Assembly: GCA_964234715.1 (NCBI GenBank)
Contig: OZ174288.1
Direction: 5' to 3' (one strand)
Length of the DNA stretch: 64,000 nucleotides
Source of the DNA: Podarcis melisellensis
Taxonomy: Eukaryota
Position 1 is the stretch's first letter. The number at the start of each line of letters is the position of its first letter. Under the pieces are notes generated by a model. That model searched no databases. It was given only the letters and a program-made list of their open reading frames with translations, and was not told the origin of the DNA. The translations under genes were made by a program, and so were the position numbers. Of the stretch, positions 46,976 through 59,974 are shown one piece after another.

Positions 46976-47711
46976 TACAATAAAACCTCAACCCCCACCC
47001 AATTAAAGGGAAAATAGCCCCTCCTTGCTGCTTTATATAAGAATGCAGTTAACTGCATATTTGTAGAATAAAACAGAAGCATTAACTTGAAATATTTAAG
47101 TATTTTATTAAATAAGGATTTGAGGGTAGAAAAAGCTGTAAGAAATGCTTGGATAACAGAAAAAACTTTTGAGCTGAGACTGTCTCATATCTTTATTGCT
47201 TATAATTCACTCATGAACTTGGAAAGTGTAAATTTATTTTCCTGCTTCCACTTCCATGCGACAGAAGTAGAAAAGACTTTTTATGTAGCATATTGGTATC
47301 CCATTCTTTCCTGTCCCATGAAGTCTTCCTAAGAGCAATGCCAATTCCACAAAGGTGAGCCTTGCCCAGTATAGCTTACTTTCTTTTCCTGGGTTTTTCA
47401 GCCTCACTCATCTTCTTCTCTGCTCTGAGGGCAGAGGGAAGCAAAGACCATCATGTGCTTCCCATTCACCAGACACATGAAGTGGAGCACCCCCCAGCTT
47501 GGCTTCACCTCCTATTGATTAGAATGGGAACTCTGAAACCTCAACTTTAGCAACTCATAAGAGTATTCCACCAAGCCGGCAAACGGGAGACCCCTCTGCC
47601 TGTAGCACAATCTTTTACATTCTGTAAAAAAACAACAGAAAATTGAGGTTTTGAAGGGTAGAGCACGCTCACATCTTCACTCCTCTTACCCTACAGATAC
47701 TGTATTGCACT

Positions 47712-47717
47712 TTTATT
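47712..47717 (-). terminator. Candidate NGRN polyadenylation signal
   Basis: tttatt ~1.3 kb after the stop. Confidence 0.4.
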
Positions 47718-48991
47718 GCTCATCCCAAATCACTGATAAGAGGATCACAAAGTCATTTCCGTCTGACAGCAGGTACTTCATGTACCTCACACAGGAATTC
47801 CCTCATGCTCAGGATGAATTGGTTTGGGCTTGTTTGACATGGCAGACAGGAACACAGAATATGGATCCCTCCTATTAGGCTGAGAAGAATTTTATCCATC
47901 AAAATCCTTTTAATTCCTTGTGCTGTGTCCTGCCACCAATCCTGCCCAGGCAACATTATTTTCATAATCTGAAGGGCCAAACTGTCACCAAGGAGCAGGG
48001 CAGGAGTGTTCTGGCATCCAAATGAGGCCTCAAGGCAAGAGCACAGCTTTCACCCAGCTCCAAATAATCAGAGGGAGAGGGCAGGCAAGGCACTTCCAAG
48101 CACTGGGCTACCCTTTCATGCACCAGCCACGAGACAGACATTCAAGAAGGGTCTAAGCTAGCCCAGCCTGGTACCCTCCAGATATTTTGGACTATAGCTC
48201 CCATCAGCTGTGCTGGCTGGGGCCAATGGGAATTATAGTCCTGAACACCAGGAGGGTAGCAGGTTAGGAGGAGCTGAGTGCCCAGGTTAGCTGGGCAGTT
48301 TGCTAAGAATTACTTCTCTGGCCCCTGCAAAAAAATCAAACAACAACCTACCAACTTCTACACTAAAAGAGTAAGTGAGCTTCCCCAACCTGCTTTTCAT
48401 AGTAGGTGGCTGGGGCTTCCTCTCAAGAAGGGGTAACAGGCATCTGAGGAACTTTAAGAAACCCAAGCTATTAATCCCTTCCGAAATGCTTTCAGAAAGG
48501 CATGGAGGCTTATCATCATGCACTTGCTTTCATAGGCCTGGGAGACCTTGCTGCTGTTGCTGCAGTCACTACTGCTGAGTCCCTGCTCTTTCTGAGTCTT
48601 TCATCTGCATGTGTCCAAGGGAAATTCTAACCACCTGCATCACAGCACTTTGTAAAGGCGAATCTCACCAGGACCCTTTATATAGCCTAGTGTCCACCTC
48701 TCAATGCTTGATGATTCTGCTCTGAGCAGACAGAAAAAGCCTAGGCCCCTTGTACTGCAGGAAGCAGAGTTCTCCTAGCTGCCTGGGAGCAGAATCTGAG
48801 CAGGAAGTCCCCTGAAGGGCCAGCTTTTGACTCTAGTGAGGAGGGGCCCTACAACACTTTCCACCACAATAGGACCCCACCCCCTTTTTAGGAGCTGGAT
48901 GTGGCCATTTTAGCTACAGGGACAATCCAGACAAGGTATTGCCCTTGACATGCAAAAAGAGGCCAGCCTGCCTTCCAGCACTGCCAGATGC

Positions 48992-49993
48992 TCAGGCCTG
49001 CTGGGTTTGGGGAAGCCTGTAGAGGAAGTTCCCATCGCTGTCGAAGAACTCTCGGCCCTTCTGCACGACTTTCAGCTGGGACTCCCAGGTGCCCTCAGCT
49101 ACCATTGCTTCCAGCTCCGCTGGGCTCGGGCCCCGCCAACCCTGACCTTCCTCCTCCTCCTCCTCTTCTTCCTCCTGTTGCTGCTGCCGCTGCTTCGCCG
49201 GCGCAGAGGGGCCCGCACGTGCCGCCTTGGGGGCGACTGACCGGGAGAGTGCCGCTGCAGCGCTGGGGGCGGGCAGTAGACGGCCGGCGGCCTCGGTGGC
49301 CACGATGATCCTGGGGCGGGCGATGCTTTCGGGGGTCGAGGCCACAGCGGCGGCGGCCTTGGCGTCTTGCTTAGCTCTCCGCTCCGGTGAAGGGCAGAAG
49401 CGGCTCCGGAGGACTCGAAGGACGACGCCGGGTTCCACCTGGAAGCTCCGCGCCAGGCGGGAGACGGGCCACTCCTCCGGCAGCTCCTGGCTCAGGTACC
49501 TGGCGCAAAAAGGAGACAGAGAAGTTGCAGGGGCGCGTTGGAGAAGCGTCGCCCGCGCCCCGCTTGGGGCGGAGAGAGAGACGCGTCTCGTCGCGAGCTG
49601 CCGTCGGGGCTCCCCTTCCTCCGCCGCCGCCGCCGCTGCCACCTTCCCCGCGGTCGACCTCCCTGGCCTCCGCTCTTACCGGATCTGCTCCATGGCCTGG
49701 CGGGTCAAGGTGCGCTCAGGGGGCCCGCGCGGTTCCATCAGCCTCTGCATTTTTCGCAGGCGGATCGCCTTCTCCTGGCGCTTCAGCAACCTGTTGGGGG
49801 GGGGGGGGAGAGATGAGCGTCTCGGGCAGGGGAGCTCCTGGGCCAGGCAGGGGAGCTGCCGAGGGATCGGGCCCTACCTCTCCACCTCCTGCTCCACCTC
49901 CGGTTGCTCCTCGGGCAGTTTGCCTTCTGCCTCTCTCGCCGCCAGCCGAGCAGCCACCCGCCGCAGACCCACCAAGCGTCCAGACCCGGCCAT
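48992..49993 (-). CDS. NGRN: Neugrin (mitoribosome assembly factor), 3 coding exons, 244 aa
   Basis: Exons 49878-49993, 49680-49790, 48992-49499, sum 735 nt. Motifs KAIRLRKMQRLMEPRGPPERTLTRQAMEQIRYL, EEWPVSRLA..F.V..VLRVLRSRF, KVVQKGREFFDSDGNFLYR. Confidence 0.94.
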
Positions 49994-50994
49994 AGTCGCT
50001 CAGAGGAAAGACTGGCGAGGCCGCGCCGCCCAGGAGCACGTGGGGGCGGGCTCTTCCGGAAGGAGGGCGCGCGCAATCCGGAACGGGCGCCACAGAGGCC
50101 GAGTTTATCCCATCTGAGTTTCAGTAGGAAAAGCGCGCCTCGGAGGTAATGGCCTGATGAGGAATCCCTGTGGCTCAGTGTTGTCTACACAGACTGGCAG
50201 CGGCTCTTCAGGAGAGTCTTTCGCTGAATGCAACTGCATGCAAACTGAATAAACTACCCCTAAAATAAGGTGCATCCCGTTTCCCCCCTGTAAACCTTGT
50301 GGGCCCGGAGGCTTATGCTTTCCACCCCACCCAGGAGGCCAGCCCTGGGTGGGGTAGGGTCTGCCACAGTTTGCTGCTCCACTGCCTACACCCATGGCCC
50401 CCTTTGCATCCCTTTCACTGAAATTCAAGTATGATGACGGGCAAAGAACAATGGAACTCTTTGTATTCCTCTGCCTCTTTGAAGAGCTTGCTGGATCTAC
50501 CCACCATCCTGTTCCCACAGTGGCAAAAACAGATGCCTTCATGGTAAACCTGCAAGATGGATCTGAGCTCAAGAGCCCTCGCCCCTCCTGTGGCTTCAGC
50601 AGTTGGTATTCAGAAGCATTGCTGCCTCCAACTATGGCTGCAGAGCATAGGCACTGTGGCTAGTAGCCATCGATAGTACTCTCCTCCATGAATTTGTCTA
50701 ATCCTCTTTTAAAGCCATCAAATTCAGTGGCAATCAGTGCTTCCTGCGGGAGGGAGTTCCATAGTTTTAACTCTGCTGGACATCCTTTTATCTTCCAACA
50801 TTCAGCTTCATTGGATGTCTGCAAGCTCTAGTGCTATGAGAGAGGGATAAAAACTCTTTTTTTGGGGGGGGGGGAGTAAGGAAGTCCCTGTTCCTGCTCC
50901 CAGCAAAGTGGGTAGCTGCTGGGAGAACAAGATGCTGTGCTTTGTGAGTCAAAGGAGAGAGAGAGAGACCCCAGATTGTATAACCGTATAAAAC

Positions 50995-51000
50995 TTTAAT
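50995..51000 (-). terminator. Candidate TTLL13 polyadenylation signal (ATTAAA)
   Basis: tttaat ~420 bp after the stop at 51418. Confidence 0.45.
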
Positions 51001-51417
51001 ACAAAGTCGGTTACAAAAGAAACTCCGTTCCCAGCTCATAGTGCTCTTCAGGATTGGGACCTGGCCTTTGGCAGGCTGACTAGCATTGGCGGCAGGGGAG
51101 TTAGCATGGAGGAAGTGGGGGCACGACCAAAGATGTCTAATACTGTTATTAGAATTTGTTGCTGCTGCTTTGGAGTGGGGAAAGGGGGAAATAAATTTGG
51201 CATGGAGGAGTAGGTTGGCAAGGGGCTCCTGGACAACTGCCTGGCTGGGGTGGATGTGTTGTGCCCAGGGCCATGGCACCAGGCCACTGCTGCTGCTGCC
51301 ACTGCCTCCACAGGGCAGGGGCTTCACCTCCTCTACTGCCCCTCTTGGCACAGGCCGCAGCAGCAAAGTCCCCCAGCTCTTCTGGCTCCTGGATTGCTGT
51401 TCCGCCAAGAGGTCAAG

Positions 51418-54400
51418 TCAAGTGCCTTTCCTGGGGGAGGAGAAAGACAAGGAGATCATGAGGAAGTTTGACTGGAGGACCTTCTTAGCAGGGTCCATCC
51501 TGCTGCTGCCTGAGAGGACCTAGGATGAGGAGGCTACCTGGGCTGGTTGAGATGCAGAGTGGCCATGTTGCTGGAGCGGTGTGGGCTGGTGCGTCGGATG
51601 AGCGGAGCAGACGCAGAATTGATGGCCAGTCCGTGCAGATCAGTGCGGTTTAGCGGAGCTGCCGCAGAGGGGAAGGGAAAGCTGCTGTACATGTGGCTGG
51701 TAGCTTTGCCACCGTGCGACAGGCAGTTCAGGGAACCGGAGCTCATGTACAGGGGCCGCTTGCTTGCAGGGCTGCCTGAAAGAGGAGGAGGAGAGAAGCA
51801 TGGGTGGCCGGGCTCCATGCCTGTAGGGCAAGCAACATGCTGGGGGAGGGAGGAGGAGGTGGTGGTGCTGAAGAAGACCGCCTGTGCTCCCTGCTCCTCA
51901 GTGGTCTGGCTGCCCCTTGGCACCACTGCTGGACACACCTGCCAAGATACTTGCTTGCCCTGTCTCCACTGCAGGCTGTGGCCCTCATGTTGCCCCTGTT
52001 CCTGAGTCTTGGGGTTCCTGAGCACGCAGACAGGGAAAGGTTACATTTCCTGGTGTCTCAACCCTCCTGCTGCTGCTGGCAGTGGTCGTGGAGCAACTGG
52101 GGCAGCACCAGAGGACCACAAGGCTCTCACCCACAATACTCACCGACTTCCAGCTTGTTCTTGGCGCTGCCAAACCGGCGCCCTCCTGCCTTCAGCATCC
52201 GGGCCAGAGAACCCGGCTCGCCCACCATGGCCGCACCCAACCAGCTCATGTTCTTGGGGGGCTGGATGTGGAGCTGCGGCTTGAAGTGTGTGGAATAGGA
52301 CTCATGGGAAGACGAGCCCAAGCCCGACAGGGCACCCAAAATGGTTGGGATGAAGCCTTGGTTTCCCAGTAGTTGGACACGGGCTGTGGGCTGCTGCTGC
52401 ATGATCTGCTGGCCCAGCTCCTGGACGGAGCCCCCTAGGAGGGAGAGGGGGACGAGGGTCATCAGATTCTGTGGCTCTCGGTTATTAAACATATCCTGGA
52501 GAAAGTGAGGCTGGAAGAAAAAAGCAGCAGGGTGAGGCTTGGAAAGGGGACCCTACAGGAGTCACCTGTGGCTGCTGTCAGGTTTTGAGGTGTCCCCCTC
52601 CCACACTGACCGCTTCTTTACAAAGACCCACATAGCACATCCAAAGGGAATGGCAGGCATCCACTCCCCATTGGTCATGTTCCCCCAAACCAGCCATTAA
52701 ACATTTCCGTAGCCTTGGTAAGGCACAACAGTTGGCCCTTTGAGACTAGTCAGAAGGATTTCTGCTTTGCAGGCAGAGAACAAAGCCAGAGAGCAAGGCA
52801 GGCTGATTGCAAGGCAGGAGCAGGAACCCAGCTCCCTCCAGAGCCAGGGAACAATGTTTGTTCCAACCCTCCTCCTTTGCTGGAGAGAGATCTCCTCCAA
52901 GACTTTCCACCCAGTGTGCGTTTTGGGATCTGGAAACAGCACCTGCATACCTGGCTTTCTGAGATGTTAATGTGTGGCCTCTGGACCTCCACAGGCTTGG
53001 GTTCCGTGTTGCGGAGCAGGCGTGTCAGCTGGTCAACGATGCCCAGCCCTCGGATGAGGTTCTCCCTCCGTAGGAGGGCTTTGACCCTCTCCACTTCCTC
53101 TTCCTCCACAATGGCCTGGGGGGTCATGCTGTCATATGGTATGGAGGATATCTAGGGAAAAAGGCAGCCTGGGTCAGACTTGAGAAGAGGAGCTGGGCTC
53201 ATTTTAGATATTTAGATCCTCAACAGCTCACCAAGCAGCTTACAGAAAACAAAACAACACACCTGCTCCTCCACATAAGAAGCAAAACCAGATCTAATTC
53301 GGCTGAGGACGCTGTGTTCCAGCTTTAGCCCCCAGATCTTGTTTTGCCCTGCAGCTTGTATCCCACAGAGCCCTCTGGCCAGCTCCTCTGCAGCCATGCC
53401 AGACAAAGCACAAGGCCCGCCCTTATCGCCAGGTCTGGCGGGACTCAGGCTCTTTCAAGCTCCAGGTTGCCAAAAGGCAAACAATGACCCTTCTGCAACT
53501 GCACTGCATGTGGAAAGGCACTGGCTCCCTCAGAACTGCAAACTCAGTTCCAGCAAAAAGAGGCCGCTTGCATTTATGGCTGAATATATGGGGGCAATAG
53601 CTATGGAAAGGAGCAGGGAGGCTGGGGTGGGACTATGGGATCTCTCACTTCTCCCTGGGGCAGGCAGAAGATTTAAACCATGCAAGTTTTTTAAAAAGAA
53701 ACATTCACCAGGCTCCTAAAGTAGAATAGCTCCATCTCTAGGTGCAGCAGCTGGCCTTGAAAGTCCTTCCTCCTCCCTGGTGTTAGAAGAGGGAGGGACT
53801 CAAGAGCTGCTCCTCACTCCCCCATGAGGTACCTTTGGGTTCCAGGTTTTGCTGTGGCTGTAGGCTATGCGAGTTAGGGCTGGCTTTCCCTTCCCCTTCT
53901 CCCCTGCTGACTCCCCCTGCAAGTTCTCCTTCACATCCCTCTTCTTCTTCGCAGCTGTACTCTCCCTCTGCTCCTGCTTCTGGCGAATCTCCTCCAGCTG
54001 TTGCCTGACAGAAGACACAAGACATTGTGTGTGGGTGTGTCATCCTTTTGCATGTCCATGTGTGTGTACATGCAAGGACTAGGCCTAGCTCAGCCTGCCC
54101 TGTGATGAATGGCTTCCCCTTGCCCTACCTGGCACACTCTTCCCTGGCCTTGGAGGCCACAGTCTCTTGGAAGAGGGATCCACTGTGCTTGAAGAAGGGG
54201 TTGTACTTCTCTGTGCCCCGTGATGGGAAGATCTTTCGGTAGCCCCCCAGGTGGCTGCTCTCATACTTCTCGGCCTGGGCCAACCAGGCGGCCTGACTGC
54301 TCTCCAACTGCTCCCGCCTGCAGATTGAGAGAGTTCAGGCTGGGGCCCCGGCAGCAGAGAAATCCTAGGTTCTGCCAGGGAGGGAGAGACTAATGGGCAC

Positions 54401-57400
54401 TGCTGTCCTCTGCGTCCCCCTTGGCCTCCCCTGTCACTGGTACCCAAACCACTTTCCTCCCTCTCTTCCCCCTGCTCCCCCACCTTGTCTGCATGTGGTG
54501 TTGCACAGCTTCTGCCAAGGCAACCAATGATCCACATGCCAGGATCCAGGACTCCTGCACTGCCACATGGCCCATTACAGGACCATAGAAATAAAGGCAA
54601 ACCCATCTGATTGGCTCCTTGCTCCATTTTCTCCCCTCCCTCGTGGTGGTTGGAGGCTAACGTGCAACCTGACAAGGCTGCAGGGACTGGGTGTTGGGCA
54701 TCTCTGAAGGCAAAGCCAGGAAAAGCTGCTTCTGGGGGAGAAGGAGGCAGCATGGCCAGGGCAAGGGAGGCACTTAGTACAGCCACAGTCAGGCTGGGCC
54801 CCTCTCAGGGTTACCTGGCTTCTCGGGGCGGCTGGTGGGCTTGGAGGAGGCGCTCCTTCACCCGCCGCTTGTCCTCTTCTAGCACCTTCTTCTTGTCACA
54901 AGCACGCAGGTTGATAAGATTGATGGCATCGCAGAGCAGGGCATCTTTCACTTCACGGTCCAGGCGGGAGTCAGTGGTGAAGCTGGGGGAGTGGTTGACC
55001 TGGAGGGGAAATAGCAATGGGGAAGGGCCTGGGTTTTACATGCAGCTTCCTTACAAGATGGCCACTCTGGGATCTGGTTTGACCCATGAGACTTCAGGAC
55101 CTCCACTCCTTCTAGGATAGAGGCATCTATTCTGATGCTTATTTTTTCCCAAGAAATAGTTTGCAGTTTTTTGTATACAGTTGCAGCTAGTCAAGTAGGG
55201 GGTAGCAAGACACTGCAGCAGTAAGGATTACAGTGGGTGCTTCAGGGAGATGGAAAATGTTCCCCAGGAGCCTGAAGTGGTTGGACTGGGAATGAATGAC
55301 AGGCTGGCATACCTTGGAGGGCGCGGGGAGAAGTTTGATATTTACAGCCAATCAGGACTGACAATTTTAAATCAGATCTGGAAGCATCCCGACTCAGTCT
55401 CATGTGCCTGTTTGTGTTACTATTGTCTGAAGATAACCACCCCACCTCACCTCTGACTTCCAAGGTATTTGTAGACATCTTTCCTGCTTCTTTCAAGATA
55501 CAAAAGAGTAGACCCTTGGTCCATCTAACTCAATACTGTCTACGCTGACTGGCAGCAGCTCTCCAGGGTTTCAGGCAGGAGTCTCTCTCTCAACCCTACT
55601 TTGATTGAACCTGGGACCTGCTTGCATCTACCATCTACCACTGAGTGATGGAGACTAGCTGGATCAGGGAGAAGGAACTATCAAGGAAGAGGCTGAGACT
55701 CTCCCCAGACTTCGTTGGGATCAAGAACAAAAGAGTGTTGAAGAGGGGGCTGAGAGTGTTCTTGGGATTAGAATCACAGAATTGCAAAGATGGAAGGGTC
55801 TTGCTGCAGAGAAGCAGTGCAGGCTCCCGTTGGGAATTCTGCTTCAGAAGGACAACAGCACCCCACATACCTCCAAGAGCCAAGGCTTGAGCTTCCTGTC
55901 CAGGAGGATGTCGAAGCCCAGAATCTCGAAGCAAGCGCAGCCCGATATGTGGTTGGGGAAGCAGGTGCGGTAATTGTGCTTCAGCACTGGGTGGGCAGCA
56001 ATGAGGGTCTTGATGATGATGTCCTCAATGTCCCGCCACAGCTCGGCCGTGTCATAGCTGTGCTCCCGCATCCAGCTGTTCAGTGTGGACAGCTTCCTAT
56101 GGGGATGAAAATGGGCTGCAGGGATGTCAAGGCCAGACTCTGCTCCTGAGGATGGCCAAACCCCAAACTCTGATCCCCACATCCACAAAGAAAGGGGCTC
56201 AGCAGGACAACCAGGACAGTCCCCTTTCGGCAGGGCATATTTCCAAACAAGCATTAAGACCCTTCCTGCCTTCAGCCATGTTTTTTAGTTGAAGATGCTA
56301 CCAGAGATTGAACATGGGATCTTCTCCATATACAATGTGCCCCCTCTACCCCTCCTCCATAATACAGATGGCCTGAGTGACCTTGGATAAGTTTCTGGCT
56401 AAGAGGAAACCTGAACCCGTGCATTGTCCCCCACCCTGCACTGTCCTTCTAGCTTGCATTGCTTCCAGCTGCCTCTGCCCATCTAAGCAGTCACTTTAGC
56501 AGAAGGCAGCTTCCCCCAAGCAGAAAGCCCAGCTCTGCTCCTGCAGGGGGCTTGGCAAGGAAAATACCTCTTGCTGCCTGTATTGTCATCACGCACAAAG
56601 TTCTCGTTATGCTTGTTGATGGCGTAGTTCGTCAGGTGCATACATATGTCTTCCTGCAAGAGAGACAGTGGGAGGGTTTACTGTCCACACCTGGAGGCCC
56701 ATTCCCCTCCTGCCTAGGTTCCCTGGACCAACAGCATCCATCAGTCCTGCCTGAGCAGTGCAAGAACCCTCTTGCCCTCTTGCCCCCATGCCTCAGTGCT
56801 GCCTGTCATGGGATGCAAGGAGGGCAGTTCATTTCCTTGACAGCATCTCTCAAGCAAGACTCCATTGAATGGATCTGGGTTGATCTTTCACTTGCAAAGT
56901 GCCACAGGGACACTACATCCATCCACCCCCTCTTGGAGAGCTCCCAGAAATCACATCAGGCACCACAACAGCTTATTATTCTACAACGCAAATGCCAGTT
57001 CCTGGGAAACATCCCTTCTTTACCAGGTTGCTGCTGCTGGGCTCGATGTACCTCATGGTGGCAAAGCGGGCCAGCCCCTCCTCATAGACAAAGATCTTCA
57101 GTGGGTCGCAGGAGGTGACCAGGACATAGATGCGCATGTCAAACTTGAAGCCATCAATGAGGAAGGGCTGCAGAGAGAGGGGTGGGTCTGTGATTGGCGG
57201 TCAGGGCCAGACAGCCAGTAAGCTCAGGAGTCCAGCTAGGCTAAGAGGGCAGGAGCTGTGCATTTAGGCAAAGGGAGGCCATTCTCTCTTGGTGTCCACC
57301 AGGCCCACCTTGGCAATGTACTGCTGGCAGATCATGTGCTCGCCGTGCTTGATCTCTTTGGGATTGCGTGTGATGAAGATGCCCCGTCCTTGGCAGCCGC

Positions 57401-59974
57401 TATCTGGCTTGCAGATGTAAGTCCTGTTCTTTCTCATGCGCCCATAGGCTTGGAAGTCCCCATAGCTATAAAGGGACAACACAGAAGCTGGCATATGGAA
57501 GATTCCACAAAGGGTGCCCTCTCTCAAGCCAGTGGCAGGAATTGTTCATCTGAATGAGGATACATGTGTGTGCTCCAGAACTGGCATAGGATGACTAAGT
57601 GATAGAAGCCCCTCCCCAACAGTGGCCCACTGCTTGCCCTTCCCCCAGCATCACCACTTGGATCAGAGTCCCTTCACTCACTCAGCTGGCAGGCACCAGG
57701 TGCGTGGGAAGATGCTGTACTCCTTGGGAAAGAGCTTAAGCATGCGGTTGAGGTTGCGGGCAAGCAGGTCCTTGCGGCAGATCTCTGCCATGCCTGGGAA
57801 GTGGTTGATTTTCTGAAAATAGAGCAGGGACAGGGGAAGAGAATCACCAGCATCTGGAAAGGAGTGTTGCTGTTTATTTAGGGTATTTTTTATGCCACCT
57901 TCCAATATCCATTTTAATGTAGAAACTGCCTGGGGAATTTTCTTGTAGGATTCCCTAGAAAGCTTCCATATTAAAACTGAGTACAACCAATCATAAAAAC
58001 CAACACCTTGAATTGAACTCAGAAATACACAGGAACCAGTGCAGCAGATGCAGATGGCAGGATATTTTGCAAGTGGTTGGTTTATTTTTATTTATTTATT
58101 AAATCTATATGCCACCTTGCATCTGAAAATCTCAGGACAGTTCACAACATAAATGTTGACAATCTAGCTGCTGTGTTCTGCACCAAGCAAAGGTTCCAAG
58201 TAAAGGGAGCCCGTCTAACAATGCTTTGCCATTGGCAGTCTAATTTGTGGCTAAGCAGTGTCTGTCTAGGAGGGGTTGCAGCCAGACCTTGCCCACCACC
58301 CTCCCCTTGTGATAATTTGGATCAGAGCACGGCAGTGGAGTGCACACAGGAATGCCCTCCTGGTAGTGGCAAAGCCATGGAAGAGCCAAGGCTTAATCAG
58401 ACAGATGCATGGGCAGCTGCCCCTCCCCAAATCAATAAAAATCAATAGCCAACTGAAGTTCTGCTCCCACTAATGAACATCCTGGCTATGCCCATGGGGA
58501 AATGTGTTGATTGACTGCTCCCAGGGGCTTCCCCCAGCAGAGGGGCACAAGCCACTCAAGTCCCAGAACTGCCTGAGGCAGCATAAGAGATCAAAAGTGC
58601 TGTAACATGTCAGAGACTAGCTACCTCCCTTCCTGACTCCAACGTGCCTGCCAGCCACAGCTCCCTCCCCTCTGGCTCTGCTCCAGCTACCTGAAACCTC
58701 TTCATTTCCATGACACGCTCCAGGGAGACCGAGCAATCAGTCCAGCAAACGGTCCACTCCTCGTCCTCCCCCACTTCTTTCAAACCACAGCGTCGAGCAG
58801 CACGCCTAACTGCAGCAAAAGAAAGAGGGCCGTATGGATCCAAGAGGCACTGGAACCCCTCTGGTTATTGCTGGTGGCAGCGGGAGTGCAGCAACCATCT
58901 GAGCAGCAGGAGTCACCCCTTTGGCAGGTGGGGGGGGAAGCAACCCTCCAAAACAAAAGTGACCCTGGGAACTTCTATCCTAATGCAGGTACCTCACAGG
59001 TCCCCATGCCCAACCAATTCAGAAGCTGCCTGGAGTCACCCTGCTTGCTGTTGGTTCCTTCCCCTGTGAATGGCATAAAGCCAGTCCAAGAGACCAAGCA
59101 ATAACCAGGGTCCATGAAAAAAAAAATTAATGAAAAGGAAGTTAATTAGATAAACTGACTAAAGGGTTGCTAAAGAATTTTGGAATAAGGATGCAGCGAA
59201 AGGGAGGTATGGGGAAGTCGATATATGTTCAATGTTGTGTTTGTTTTTGTTTTGTGATGTGTCTGTTTTTTATTATGTGTTTGAAAAATTAATAAAAATT
59301 TTATTAAACAATAACCAGGGTCCATGTGATGATGCTCTCAGGGTACAGGAGAAAGCCACCAAGAAGCAACCCTAACTTACCACTCTCATATTTGCAGCTG
59401 GCGAGGTTGATGGACAGCAGCCTGGAATTGAGATGGAACAGTGGCTCAGCGGCTGGAGAGAGCAAACTTTGAGCTGACAAGCAGCGGCTGCTGGGAGGGG
59501 AAATGCCTATGGAAACATGGGGCCAACCCACCAGGCCGTGGGGAACAGAACACAATGACTTGGGGGGGGGGGCGAAGTAGAGAACTGGGATTCCAACAGC
59601 GGCGGTGTCTGCACTCCTAAGTGCGAATGGAAATTGCATAGCTTGCCCCGAAGAGATTCACAAGGGGGAAACCCGGAAGTGGCCCACCTGTGTTTCTTCT
59701 TCTTCTTCCTTCTTGCCTCTTCCAGCTCACATTCTTCTGCCAGTTGCTCCTCCAAATCGATCAGGGAGACCCCCGGCTGGTCACTCTTCTGCCCTGGTGG
59801 CTTAGTGCCTTTGTGCCCTTGGCCCTGGGTTCGCTGCTTATCCTTGTTTTCTGCATCCAGCCTCTTAAGGCATTCATTGGCAGACTCATCTGACAGGCCC
59901 CCTTCGTCATCCTCATCTTCGTCTTCATCAGTTTCATTCTCAGACTCACTGCTTTCGTCTGTATTGATCTTCAT
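51418..59974 (-). CDS. TTLL13: Tubulin polyglutamylase TTLL13, ~15 coding exons, ~866 aa (N- and C-terminal exons less certain)
   Basis: Exons 59688-59974, 59381-59421, 58691-58809, 57682-57812, 57309-57465, 57024-57167, 56568-56653, 55871-56096, 54815-54999, 54129-54317, 53833-54004, 52951-53151, 52144-52510, 51538-51820, 51418-51430, sum 2601 nt. TTL domain motifs [87 protein letters not shown]. Position between GDPGP1 and NGRN favours TTLL13 over TTLL6. Confidence 0.9.
55510..55650 (-). mobile_element. tRNA-derived squamate SINE (Squam3-like)
   Basis: ttggtccatctaactcaatactgtctacgctgactggcagcagctctccagggtttcaggcagg..gattgaacctgggacc. Confidence 0.6.
59117..59308 (+). mobile_element. 5'-truncated LINE 3' end (L1/Tx1-like) with 18-bp TSD
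   Basis: caataaccagggtccatg is perfectly duplicated at 59099-59116 and 59309-59326. The AT-rich insert has AATAAA at 59291-59296. Confidence 0.75.

Noticed and set aside
49227-50117. 296-aa and 202-aa plus-strand ORFs
   Set aside because: Antisense shadows of the NGRN CpG island.
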